From NCBI GenBank assembly GCA_030704615.1, contig CM060733.1, positions 71,486,001-71,550,000 on the forward strand: 64,000 nt of DNA. Reading direction: 5' to 3'. Positions 29,401-42,685 of this stretch are shown here, piece after piece; within the stretch, counting starts at the first letter, position 1; each line of letters opens with the position of its first letter. The DNA is from Takakia lepidozioides. Lineage: Eukaryota > Plantae > Bryophyta. Below the pieces are notes generated by a model that searched no databases, was not told the origin of the DNA, and saw nothing but the letters and a program-made list of their open reading frames with translations. Made by a program: the position numbers and the translations under genes.

Positions 29401-29900
29401 CACACTAGAAGCATTCGTGTCTTTTCCGAATCGACTGCATGTCCGCGACCACTCCGGGAACCACTTGGTAGTAAACGGGACTACTGGAGAGTCGAAACAA
29501 ACAATGTGGGCCCACGGGGGCATTTCAGACGGCGGACAGAAGTGGGGTCAACGACTCCGGAGTCGTAGCAGAATTCCGGGCTATTTTATGAATTGCGTAA
29601 ATACATAAAATTTGAAAAAGCCAAAATTACAAGTGGTTGTAATTACTGCACATGCGACTACAAATTTCCTTTCCTAATTCGATTAATAGAATAAAGATAT
29701 TTATTCATTAAAGTGAATATGTAGTCGACTCAACGACTCCATGAACCACTGCGCATTCATTGCACCCATGATTTGGCAGCACATTTGCTGACGTGGCTTT
29801 CACAAAAAGAGGTAAACCAAATGTGGCCTTGGGGGAATAGATATTTTAATACGTGCTGCCTCCACCTGGCAGAGACAGGGATGCAAGTGCTTCGTCGGAC

Positions 29901-30461
29901 ATGGCGGGACATGGGAATGCGAATCCTGACACGGCAAGGCCTTCGTATACTGTGAGCGCGCGTAGTGGCTTCTCAGAAGGGTGTAACATCGGGGTCTTAG
30001 TCATTCAACATTTACAGAATGTGCTGGATGGAGGCACGATGGAGCGCGCATACGGGCATGCCCTTCTGGTATCAATTCCCAAGTATCCACGCAAGGTGAG
30101 GCTGCCGAATTGGGTTTTTGCCCGTCTAGTTTTCTGACAGCATGCTCGAAACGTTCTTATTGCCATTGAGTGGCCGTGCAATAATTTGAGGTGTAGCTGC
30201 TTTTCCATTTCTCAAGTTATGAAGAAGGCGTCACAGAAGAAGATCGCAAAGACGTCAAGGCTGAAGGATATGCCCTTTGGTTCTGAACTACAATCATACT
30301 GTAAATATAGGTTTGTTCACAAGACAGTACGGACCACATTCCGAGACATTATCGATACTATTAACTGTCTCGCCCTTGCGCGCTTGCAGGACTGTACAAA
30401 ATGGGTTCTAAGGACAGTAAGAGTCCTTAGCACAGCTCTCGTCTATGAGCTGCGAGCTTAA
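29901..30461 (+). CDS. Unknown CACTA-internal ORF, convergent with TnpD
   Basis: ORFs 29853-30137 and 30186-30461 are in the same frame. A 45-bp GT-AG segment (30096-30140) would remove the single stop. The stop lies 14 bp from the TnpD stop. Confidence 0.5.
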
Positions 30462-30474
30462 TGGACACTGAGAT

Positions 30475-33400
30475 TCAGCTAGGCTCACTATCCGTATCCA
30501 AAGAATCTTCCCCTTTACTGCCCACATCTGCAATTTGCCTTGCGGTAATTACCAACCCTAGAATGTCTTCCTCATTAAAGGTAACTGCTCCTTCCAAAGA
30601 GACTGGTTCGGCCATATCTGGTAGATTTTGTGGTTCCCTCAGACCCTCGTGGTCGGCATTCTCCCCTAGGTCCAGATCATGGACGTCGGCCACGACTCGT
30701 TTGGCCCGGGGGTCCTTGTGAAGAACCACCTTCCATCCCGGCGCATGGGTGTCATCTGAAAAGAAAACTTGCTCAACTTGCGATGGGAAGATGAATGGCT
30801 CTTCATCTTGTGGTAGCATTTTTCTGAAATCAGCAAGAAGGAACCCGTACTCATCCCGTTTCATGGTGGCATTCTCTCCTACCATATTGGTTTTTACCCA
30901 AGAACAACGGAATAGAATTGGCTTCACAAGACCATAGTCTAGTTTAAGGATCTCTTTGATGACTCCTACATATTGCACAGGGCATGAAATTGGATTCCGA
31001 TCTCGTGCACAGCTCCTACTCTCTTGTTCAAAAAATGATGCCACTCCGCTGTCATAAGTCACCAGGAGGCTGGTGTTGGCATCGTCCATTCTATAATGAT
31101 TGCCATATGCTTTCATTGACCGGTACAAAGTGGCAATCAGCCCTGGGGGGAATGACAGACTCACCATGCCCTCATCTGGGTCCTCGTTCTCTGATGCGTA
31201 CAGTGCAATTGCAGATCTGACCCACACTGTAAAGGGCTGCAGCTCCTCCATTGTTGTGGGGTACTCCACCGGGGATCTGCGCCTACGACCGCCCCTCCGC
31301 CATGCTTTTGCAAATGCACTCCGTTCCATTTTCAGGCGGACCTTCTCCGCTGCGTACTTTCTGGCAGAAACCAAATAGAAGCTGCAACTCGGTCCCCTGA
31401 CCAACACCGTACTGTACATGCATGCCACATGCAGATTGTGTCCTTTCAAGCACACTGTAGTGATGCAGCCTACTTCATAATCACTTGCAAGCAACAACAC
31501 CAACTACGAAACACCCTCTGTAGTCCTCTGAAGCACCCTGTTAGTACACGATCCCACTCCCATAGTGGCCGGAATGACTTGTGACAATATATATGTAATT
31601 CCAACATACAAAGACCATTAAGAATAGCACAGGAGGGATGTAAGTTTACACCCACTGTCTCAAATGGTGTCATGGTTGTTGTGTTGTTTAGCACATAATC
31701 ATGTGCCACATCCCGAAGGCGCGGGCTCATGTCACACTTTGTTCCACCACCTTCTAGGACCTCGCCTACAACACCTTCTTCCTCGTTCTCATCCCACACC
31801 CGTCGTTGTGTTGCATCAAATGAAGACATATACTTTGTCATGAAGCCCACGGCTTCGTCGCGGATGTAGCCCTCCGCCATATTCCCCTCTGGCCGTGCCA
31901 TGTTGCGTACATACCCCTTCAGATCCTTCATGTACCTCTCCATGGGGTACATCCAATGGCTGGCTACGGGCCCACACACATGCAGCTCCTCTATAAGATG
32001 CACTAGCAAGTGCGTCATGACGTAAAAGAATGATGGAGGGAATTCTTTCTCCATCAAACATAGGGTCATAGCCACATCCTCATGCAACGATGTAATGTCC
32101 CTCGGATCCCACACCTTCGCACAAATCTTCCTAAACACTCGACTTACACGCATTATGGCTGTTCGAGGACCCGGCGCCATCGTACCCCGAATGCACACTG
32201 GCAAAATCTGCTGCATCATCATGTGTAGATCATGTGACTTCATCCCCGACCGTTTCTTGTTTATGGCATGCTTTTGGAAAGCACCCAAGAATCCGGTTGG
32301 CACTTTCATGGCTCCCAATGTCTTCAAAAAATGCTCTTGCTCTGGTTTGGTCAGGACGTATGATGCTGCTGGCATGAGCACTTTGCGAGGTCTATTTGGA
32401 TCAGGCCTTAGCCACAGATGTGACCGTATCCCTTCAATCTCCATGTCATTTCGTACGTTTATCGTATCCTTCTCCCCAAAGATCGTCTTCAGAATGTTCT
32501 CGCAGAAGTTCTTCTCACAATGCATGGGGTCCAGGAGGTACCGCTGCAAAAGGTTCTGAAATGCCAGATGTCCTCCCATGAGACCAAGTTCTATGGGCAA
32601 AAATAGTAGAATATGTGGCAAAAGTTGTCCATGTTACTACATTCTGCTTTCAACAACTGCACGATCCTCTCCACAGTAAGGTGTATGACTTCAACATCTA
32701 CTGCATAGTAATTACACTGACTTAGGAGTTGGTGGAAGGACTCCTGACAGCAAAGGTAATTCCAGGGAGCACAATGTGAAAGAAAGTGAGTGAATTGGGG
32801 GGGGGGGGGATTCATGCACCTTCCAGTATGGCAAATCCCAAAGGATTGTCCGGCGCTTCACCCCGTGCTCTATGGCTGGATCCGCACTACTTCCTTCTCT
32901 CCCTCCAATCTCCATGAACGCCTCTTTCTCCTTTGCAAATTGCAATGTCTCCTCCGGTGTCACAGCATTTGGTGCCATTCTCTTTTCAACACATCCATTG
33001 AAGTGCCTTCCTGCTCGTCGGTAGGGGTGGTTTCTTGCAAGGTAACGTCGATGCCCCATGTATATTGTCTTCCCCAATGGCTTTGAGTGCCGTGAATCCA
33101 CATAGGGCCCACAAATGGGGCACCCTTTGTAGCCCTTCGTCTTGCAACCCGCAACAAGGCCATATGCGGGGAAATCATGGATTGACCACATGAGTATGGC
33201 ACGGAGGGTGAAACTTCGTTGCCCTACTGGTTTCAAAATGTCGTAAGCTTCAACTCCAATCCATAGTTCCTGTAGCTCTTCAATCAATGGTTGCAAATAC
33301 ACATCTATGTTTGCATTTGTCACGGACTCCTTGCCTGGAATCAAGAGAGACAACATGACAAAGAATTTCTTTGTTGTCAACCATGGTGGCAGGTTGTATG

Positions 33401-34235
33401 CCACCAACTGCACGGGCCATATGGACCATGTGCAGCTCTTTGATCCGTATGGGTTTACTCCATCCGTAGATACAGCCAATCGCACATTGCGTGGGTCCTC
33501 GGCGAAATCGGGCCAAGTTGCATCTATATGCTTCCATGCAAGGGAATCTGGGACATGCCTTACCAAACCATCATTTGAGGCATTCCTGGAATGCCAAGTC
33601 ATGAGCTCACTAATGGTCTTGCATTTGTACATCAACAGCATGGTGGCAGCAAGCTTTGTGGATTTGCATCCCTCGTACAGTGACACACATGCTTCTTCTA
33701 GTGTCATGTGTGCTGAATTCTCATCTCCATCTCCACCTCCTTCCACGCCTTCCCCCACGTGAATGCCTTCATTTCCTGCGTCATCACCATCCCCAGTTGT
33801 CGCAGCGCCGTCCCCCTCTTCAGCATCGTCCATGATGTGGAATGCTTCCTGCAACATTCGAGTAATCTCCACCCCTCCGTCCATGCCTGGTTCATATCCT
33901 GCGCCCATGACATAGTCCTCGTCTAGCCTGTCTGTATGGCTCCCCCGGGGGTGTGCATTGTCCAATTGTGCCCACTCCTCATCGTCTTCGTCTGCAGGTC
34001 CATCTCCAATCCACACCCGAAATGCTTCATGTCTTTTGTGGTGAAGGAGATGTGTGCGCACACCGTCCTCGGATCTACTTGTAGTGCCCAAACAACGTTC
34101 ACATGGGCATGGCATCCTTGAAAGCCCAAGGGCTCGGGCACGTGCCACTTCTCTTTCCCACAACCTGTCATCTCGGGTGTTTTGTCTACAGGGGTGATTA
34201 ATTGGAAGTCCTCCGCATGGGCGAGGGGAACTCAT
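30475..34235 (-). CDS. CACTA TnpD transposase (Transposase_21, DUF4218, DUF4216), apparently with an internal deletion
   Basis: CPCERC, PRNVRLAVSTDGVNP, HDFPAYG, LDPMHCEKN, WMYPMERYM and DEEPFIFPSQVEQVFF. Exons about 34235-32820, 32555-31660 and 31360-30475. Confidence 0.92.
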
Positions 34236-36111
34236 TTTTGTTGGGGAGCCTCTTCAATGCAGTTTGTGCACGCCGATGCAGGGGGCCGGATTCTCCTTTG
34301 CAGAGAATCCTCAATTTGGCTCTGCCACTCCCATTTCACTACCGTCAATTCCCTCCTCCTGCAATCTCAATTTGAAAGGTTCAGCCGCACATCCTTTGGC
34401 AGAGAAGACAGTTGACATTTTATACCAACTGGTAGACTCCAGAACATGATGGAAAGTTACACTCAACAGCAAACCATTTAAAAGCCATCAAGATGCTTCC
34501 CATCATAACTAGAATCTTTTCAACAAGATACTGAGAGAAATGACCAAAATCGACTCAAACAACGACATCCTGGAAAACCACCTGTCTCTACAGTTCGTGT
34601 GTGTGTGAGGAATCGGAGGACGTACGTGGAATTTCAATTTTCACGATTCAGGACGTTGTGATCTTGGGCATATGGTTGAATGTGTATGAAATGTGTGTAT
34701 TGAAGTGTGAACAACCCGACTACAAGGCCAGAACCTGCGCCACTTGTCTTAGGCCATAATGAGTGAACTCCACTCATCGGCGGTCATCATCTGCACAATT
34801 TCCGGCTGCATCGATTCGTCTCTCAAAATCACATTACGATCAAAAGTTTGTAGCAGGGGGTAGTTCGCCCAATGCCACCCTCAGCGGAAGAGCGAGACGG
34901 ATTGAGGAATCATGTATTGGAAGGTCTAATTCCATCACGGATTCGGCCGCGATCTCCAAATCACGTTTCGGCGGACAATCCCGTTCCGTTGCCTTGAAAT
35001 TGCACCGTGGCGGGAAGGGAGTCCATTTGTGTGGCTCTATCACTATGGCGGGAAGGGGAGCATGTTAAGAATGGAGCATCGCCCTGCCACTTCACTCATT
35101 TGCAGTTTGCAGCTTCTTCCACCATCTTTCTTACTTAATTGTGATTCTTGCAATGCTGCCCTTGAGACGGCAATTGCAAGTGACCGGATCCTTTGATCGT
35201 TGCCTTCAAAGACACTTACGTGTAGCAGATTGCAGACCCCCAAATGCATGGAGAGAAAGCCAGACGGCAGTCAATGCATACACGGTTGTTTTGCACTGGT
35301 TGGGACGGAGTGGGGTGCAGAGGAGGCGTGCTGTGCCGGAGTTCGCATGCCTAGCATCCTGCAGCCGACGGCTTTTGCACGTTGGGCAGCAGTACCCTCT
35401 GGTGTATGATTACCATTTTGTGGTATAGACTCACCGGCCTCCCCTGTCCACTTGGGTCTTGGGACAGTGACTTATGGAGTATGTAGACAGAGTTGCATGT
35501 CGCGCAGGTACACCAAAATCTCCCATGCAATTCTCCTTCCATTTCTCATTCGTGCTTGCATGTGATCCACGGGGTAATTTCCATGTTCTCCCAGCTGATG
35601 TGGGTTCGCAAATTCTCGGTGTGCAGGTGTGTGTGTGAGGACCTCAACCTGGCATGGTGCGATGGGTGTTGAATGGACCCTTCTCTGCGATGGGAGAACC
35701 ACTACAGTTGAGTTTGTTTTTGCTGAATCATTTGGCAGAGCACTGTGTTCACTTCTCACACATCATGCGCATTTTCTCCAAGAATGCATGTAAAGCGGAG
35801 CCATACACGGCATCATTGCAGTGTGTTTCCTTCGCCTAATTTTGAACGAAATAAAGTTAATGGATCCATGTCAGTTGTGTGAATCACTACATCTAGTTGT
35901 CTAGAGGATTGTAAGTGGTTATTTTGAAACGTCTCAAAGTCGAAAAGGCCATAGTGTCGGATGCACGACACGTGTTCCTATTTGAAATCAACAACGGCCG
36001 GATCTTCACTACAGATCGGGGGGGGTGTGTGATCACACTCCCCTCCTTGTCCTTCTTTCCTCCTTTGCATGTCTTGGTCTTCCTCGCTCGTCTTTGTCTT
36101 GGTCACGGTCT

Positions 36112-39100
36112 ATGTCCACGCCTAGTAAGAAGCGCTCGACCGCCGAGGCAGCATCACCTCCTCCCACTTCTGCACATTCCAGCCCCGCGGTGCGAAGGAG
36201 CCCCCGCCTGGCTCGACTGAATCCGCAAAAGATGGCCTCGGTGCGAGAGGGAAGGCGGCACGGTGGGCGGTCTTCGAGTTTGGATTCTGACACAAGCGAG
36301 TATAGCATGGGCGACGACGATGACGTGGAGGACAGTTCGGCGGAAACTGCACCTCCATCTGCAGAGTCTCTCCAAAAGGTGCGCAAATGGCACAAACCCG
36401 CTGCGCATGAGGTGAGTTATACCCCTACTTGTGTTCATGTTTTCTGGGCGTTGAGTTCTCCTCAAACTGAAACTGGGATGCACATATCCATAAAGTTGTT
36501 CAAACAGGAAGGGCAAAGCGCCGAGTCTCACTAAATTGTTCTCGTACAGAGGGATTAACTTTGAGGTCAAGAAAACCTTGCTTTGTCGCGTCATTGGACT
36601 TGCCTTGGAGTACGCATTTGCTATATGGGTTGATAAGTCCAACGAGGCTAGGTCTGCAGAATCCTTCCAAGTGGGGGTGCTTAAGGAGTGGATGTCCGCA
36701 TGCTCCAAAACAGTCAATGTGGCTGTTCGGGGTGGGTGTGGCATCCCTTCCTTAAGCTCTTGCGGAGATTAATTGAAGGTGATATGTTGTAGTCTGTTGC
36801 AACACATGTCCTTGTGTGTGGGATGTTTTTGGCAACGGAAGGGGAGTGAAGCTGCAGCAAAGCACTCACAGCCACCATACAATGCCAACCAACACCAACC
36901 TTGGCACCCACCCCCTGCCGGATGGTCTCCACAACAGAGTGCACCATGGGGAACCCCCCCTGCTTCGGGGTCGTGGCGTTGGCTTCCTGATGCTGGCACG
37001 TCACAATGGGGGCCTCCCACATCTCCATACGGCCCTCCCCCCTCCGGCACACATCAATCACCCCCCACAACGTATGATGGCGCTGCTCCAGAGCATGGGG
37101 GCAGGAAACGGTCATCAGAGCTGAGGAAGGAACGACGCCATGCCATGAAACAATGGGAAGGAGATGGAGAGGGGAGGGTGGCTGCAGGGCTAAAGCGCCA
37201 CAAGGTGGAGGTGCATGGAAATGGAGTCATCAATGTTGGCTGCGAAGGTAAGGAACACTGGCAGCGTGATTTGCGTGGCCTGGCATTGCGTTACCTTGAC
37301 TCAAGTGTACAAGACATTGACCAGCAGTCCCAGAGTGCCATGTCAACAGTAATAGAGGGCATAAATGGAATGTACGAGTACACACCTATCCCTGCCAATC
37401 GTGATTTTATAGTCAAGCAATGTGGGAAGATAATGAAAGGAGAAAGAGCAAAACTGAAAGATAAATGGGCGAAGACTGGTGTGAGGCCAATGAACACTGA
37501 ACCCGCCTATTGGGATAAGCTTGTTGCCTACTGGGAGTCCCCTCGTGGACTTGCAAAGGCCGAAGGGATGAAGCAAGCGCGTGCTTGTGTCACGAACCCC
37601 TTGCGTTGGGGCCGGGCAGGAGTTGGAGTCCAAGCAGCCCGTTTGGTAATCTCCCACACCCCCTTCTCATTGCTCTTACGTTGTGGCCTTCAAAAGCTCC
37701 TTTCATTGAAAAGTTGAAACTAATTGTTCTAGACCTGAACGGGATCCTGTGCCACTCTATTCCTAACTTTCAGCCCAACCCGAGGCGTCATTGGCCATGG
37801 GTGTTGACCACCAACAAGTATGTTTTCCCAAGGCCCTAGGTCTGCGAGTTTTTAAACATTCTCTTCCGGTATTTCTACGTTGGGATATGGTCCTGTGCTT
37901 CCAAAGGGGAATGTTGCAGACATCTTGAAAGTGGTGATGCAGGGGGTCAAGGGTTCTCCCCTCTTTGTGTGGTCACAAGAGGAGTGTGACCCCTTGACAG
38001 AGCCACACCCCACAAAAGGGCCTGCCGTACAAAACTTACAGAAGAGACTGTCGAGGGTGTGGTCGCAATTTTCTGGATTTAACGAATCCAACACCCTCTT
38101 AGTGGATGATTCACCACACAAGGGGAGGGGGAACTCCCCTTTGAACATGGTCCATCCATTGTCGTTTGATGTCACTGGCAATGTCAGTGAGGGGCCCGAT
38201 TCAGACTACCTTTTAGAAATAGTCTGGCCCTACTGCCAAGATTTGTTTTGCTCCAAGGATGTGCGTGTCTTCACAAGCACGCGGAAGCTGACCCCGACTG
38301 GCAGCTTGAATGTGGGAGAGGATGGGGTCGTTGGGGAAGTGCTTCTGCGCCCATGCAGGTGAAACTAACCTTACTGTTTGCAACATGACATCGAAGCCAA
38401 AAGAGATGTTTGTTTTGTTCCCCCCGGATGCCCTCTCATGCAAGGCTGGCACTATATGTTTTGTAGGGACCACAGGGAGTGGCACTGGGGTCGAATGTGA
38501 AGAAGGTGGGTCCTGCGCCAAGGACCATAGTGCTACGGCGCCAGCATTCCGGATCTGCCCCCGGCATGAGGAGGCAGCGCCCAAGGTATGGTTGTTCCCA
38601 GCCCCTCTCCGCAAACTTACTTGGTTGGTTTCCTTTATGGATACACTTCCTGAAGCGTTGCAATGTGTATTCATTGCAGGTGAGCAAGATGAGTGGGCTA
38701 TCCCCGGCACCATCATCGCAGCAGGATGTGGTTCCCCAGGCATGCATTCATGGCTCCTTGCTTTGCCTGGTTTCTAGTAGGGTTATTTTTGCCAGGAAGT
38801 TGTAGTGTGTAGGGTCTGAGCAGGGTGTTTGTTAGCTTGCTCCGTGGAGGTGTGTTTATACCATTGCAGCCACCAGAGTTCATGTTATTCTTATCCGTCT
38901 AACTAAACCTCTTTTTGCTGCTGCAGTTGAAGACACGTGGGCAGCTTTCCTCAGTTGCCACCCTCAGCGACGAGCCTCGCTTCAAGGTACGTTGGTACAC
39001 CGTGAATTTGCTGCTGATTCAGTATCGAGGCAACCAAGATCGTTTCCATGCCCAGCTGCGCTTGACTTTCACCCTGTCATTGCTATGTTTGTTGCTGAGT

Positions 39101-39421
39101 GGACCCTGATGTTGGTGTCTGCAGATATCAGATCCTGTGTTTCTCCTGAACCCCAATGACAAGCGGTCAAAGACAACCGCCGCAAAGACGGAAGTGGTGG
39201 GAATAGCCGGGGTTGACAAGTTCCACTGCAAGGACATTCGTTCCGGGTGGTACAAGGTGAAAGTCCACGAGATCATGCTTCCAAGTGTTACATTGCCTTG
39301 CCCAAATGTGGACGATCCCCCCCCCCCCCCCCCCCCCTTCAAGACCACACTAGCGCACATGAAAGGCACGGTGACTCTGTGGCTAGAGAAAAGTATGAGG
39401 AAAGGTGAAAGTATCAAGTAA
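36112..39421 (+). CDS. Spliced CACTA TnpA/TNP1-like protein
   Basis: Ser/acidic N-terminus, Pro-rich segment, YWDKLVAYWES...KAEGMKQAR (Transposase_24-like) and C-terminal FHCKDIRSGWYKVKV...LPCPN...VTLW (TNP1-like). Exon structure is only partly resolved. Confidence 0.7.
37706..38300 (+). pseudogene. NIF/FCP1-homology (HAD superfamily, CTD-phosphatase-like) domain
   Basis: KLKLIVLDLNGILC...VFPRP*VCEFL...YVGIWS...FVWSQEEC...KRLSRVW...NTLLVDDSPHK. Stop at 37837-37839 and a frameshift near 37900. Confidence 0.82.
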
Positions 39422-40899
39422 GATTTCATGTTTGTAGTCCCTGTTGGGTGTGTAATGATACTCATAGAAGTGTGTATGATACTCACGTTACCAGTTTTGA
39501 ACATTTGGGCATGACAGTTTATGTGATGTCCGGCAACCATGTATGTTGGCATTTTGTCTTGCTCATACGCAGGTGTGCCGTGACGGTCTCTTATTTGAAT
39601 GTAATATCACATTTTCTTGACTTGTCGTCGTGTCCGTCCACCTTCTATGTGTATGTGTGATGGTCTTTGGTCTCCCTGGACTACGTCTATTTGGTTCATT
39701 AGCGTGATGTTGTGCATGCATCGTGGTCTGTGTTCTGAGTCTCGCCCAGTATCATTGCTTCTCAATTCCCCCTGCATATGGGTGAACCACTAAAACCACT
39801 AGAATGCATCAGAACCATACTTTCAGCTTAGAATGCAAGTCATTTGGAAAACTCACACAAACCACTACAAGTGCTCGTTTGCAGTGCTTTCCTACTGTAG
39901 TGCAACCAACTAGCACAGTGACAGCGGAGTTGGCCAAAGCAGTCCCGAGAGGGCACAAGCACTCTGCGTCTTTCCACTAGCAGTCGTACCCCTCACTGCC
40001 ATTGCATGGGGACGACGCCACGCGTCAACCCACACACTCTCCACGTGGTCCCCATGGATTTGTCTGTTGGCAGTTATGCGGTTGACTTCGCCAGTCGTTG
40101 TTGCCACGTGACATGCAACACTCCAAGTTATGTGGCCGACTGCGATGTGGCGTCTTGGGCCCGTGGCCACGCGGCAGCATTGCCGCTCGTCGCGGCGCCA
40201 CCACATCGGCGTCCATGTCCGCATCCACGTCCACGTCCATGTGTCACCGCGCCCCGGACGAGTCAGTCCACTCATCCGGAGGGAGAAGTCAAAGTCAGCC
40301 CAAAAGGTCAAACACACGGGCGGCCGGCCTGGTTACGCCACGTGGTTCTTCAGCATTAATCGCATTAATCGCTGAGCAGTTGTTCGCGCGTCTGCGTCCT
40401 TTACCACTCCAATCATTGGATGTCCAACCCAACTACCACGTCTGTTGTAACTAGTCGTTTGTAACTTCCAGTCGATCCCATTTTTTTGACTTTTACGACT
40501 CAAAATGAGTCGTTACCCCAGTGATAAATGACACGAATGCTTCTAGTGGCACGATCAAAATTGAGTTCTGTCTTCAGAAAAAAACCATTGTACCGTCACA
40601 AATCTCATATCTACACGACTATGGTCTACTCCGTCCTATATACGTCTTTCGGCTCAGGCCAATTGAATGGCTTCTCCATGAGCCGAAGTACTACATGGAC
40701 TAATGTGACTCTCTCATTCTTGTAGTTGTCGTACAACCTTTGTAGCATTGAATGCCAACAACCTCCCGTAAATTGGTCCTCGAACATGCTTTGATCATAA
40801 TGAGGGCCGGGCTCTATCCGACGGAGTCACTGATTACATGGGACTGTCATAGAAATGTTAATTCAGTAGGTGGTGGATAAAATTTATTTGTACTGCTAT

Positions 40900-42170
40900 C
40901 TTCCCAACGACAAATGCCTCCAACGTCATGTCCTGGGGGGGGGGGGGGGGGCATTCGCATTAAAAATCGATGCAATATCTTTTTCCACCCACCATCTTTT
41001 CGCGAGTTCCCGGTCCAGCTTGTCTTGGTTTTCAAACTGGTACGGCGAGGCTTTGCGTATGCCCAATGGGGTGGCTAAGCCTCAATCACACACCCTAATC
41101 TTGATCTCATCGGTACCATTTGGAAAATACAACAAGATGTTGTCGGGGGACAAGTCGTTGTGCAGGACACCGTTCTTGTGGACAATATCAATGATGCACA
41201 CCAGTGCCCATTCAAGTTTACTACGCACTTTCCGGAAACGAAGCAAGCGATCGCATTCTTGGAACTCTGCTTCCGTTCCCTTTGTTCCAAAATCACCCTG
41301 TTGTCCGAATCGTTGCCCCATTTTCTGTCAAGGTTCATTATGTCGCATATTGTCCCCCCATTCCACCAGCGAGTGTAAACCTCTACCTCACGTGCATTCA
41401 CAAAATATGAGATAACACCCGGATGCGGGAACTTCACTGCCAAACACTCATCGTAATGTTGTCTCAACGCCTTTTCTGGATTTTTGGACTTGGGTTTTTT
41501 TCCCGCTAGCTCCCAACGCTCCAGTATTCTAGAATCGCCAACAATCATACACTGACGGAACCTAGCATACCCTCCTTCTTTGTAAGAGCCAATCTCTACC
41601 ACTTTCGCACTTGAGTTCAGGTAATAAAGACCAGTTGTGCATCCTCCGCCCGATGACCCCGCCTTCCAAAGGACAACCCTAGTCCAGCGATGTGAATTTG
41701 GACTTGCCGAGCAAGCCCAATACTCGACACGCCGCAATGACTCAGCTTCGGCGGAGGGCACCCGACCCTCGGTTGTTCTACCCTTCCATGTCTTCATTAG
41801 CTGCCTCAAATTCCACGCGACGTCTTTCGCCCTGCTTCGGATCCATCGATTGAATCAGCTTGTTCCTGTCCGCCGTCCACTTAACCCCCGCCAAAGCGTT
41901 CGTCATTTTCCTCTCCATATTCCGCTGGAAAATCTGAAACCCCTCCCATCCATGCCTGACATAAGCACTCTCCAGCCTCATCATGTCCCTACCCTTGAAG
42001 TAATCCACTACCACTTCTTTCACCATATCCAAGGCATCCGGTCCCGGGTAGACTGGCTTCTTGACCTGGCTATCCCGCTCGTAGGTACATTTTCTCTTCC
42101 TCCAACCCCAAACGACCCCGCCCCAGAACTTGAATTCACAACCCCCGACATTGTATAAACCCTTGCCCAC
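40900..42170 (-). pseudogene. Ser/Thr protein kinase pseudogene (left copy)
   Basis: KEGGYARF (Gly loop), LAGKK, HPGVI, HNDLSPDNILL (catalytic loop) and VCD*GLA (DFG position, TGG to TGA). Several frameshifts. Confidence 0.8.
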
Positions 42171-42685
42171 TACACGGACAAAACCTCAGAAAACGGCAAT
42201 GGACGCGTGTGGATGGTGTCTTCGTAGTTTTTGCAAAAAAACAGGTCACCGGAGATCCAAAAACGGCAAAATGGTGATACGATGATTGAACCGTGAACAA
42301 GGGTGTGGGACTGACCAATAAAAAACCGATAAAACCTCTTTACCCCCCCCCCCCCCCCCCAAAATAATCACCTTTACACCTCCCGTTGGCAGTGCCAAGC
42401 AACGAAGTCCTAAATGACTATATGATGGAACCGCACCACAAGAGGGGCACAGTGATCAGAAAAAGAGGGGGCAATGGTTTATATAGGCGTCCACCAGCAC
42501 CCCCCCTCCCAAAATGGCATTATGCTTGAAAAGGCGCGATAGGCCAATGACGCCTCGCCACGTGTCAGCGTGGCGCGACTGGCCAGTCGTACCTCGTCAC
42601 GCGCACCCACATGGGAGAGGTCAAGGGTTCAAAACCACCTCCCCCCCTCATCCCGGGTCCCTGGATTTCCAAAAAAAAAAAAACA

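Larger units (their letters stand above)
29403..40548. mobile_element. Full-length CACTA (En/Spm) DNA transposon, 11146 bp
   Basis: Perfect 19-bp TIRs CACTAGAAGCATTCGTGTC (29403-29421) and GACACGAATGCTTCTAGTG (40530-40548). 3-bp TSD GCA on both sides (29400-29402, 40549-40551). Encodes TnpD and TnpA-like proteins. Confidence 0.95.
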
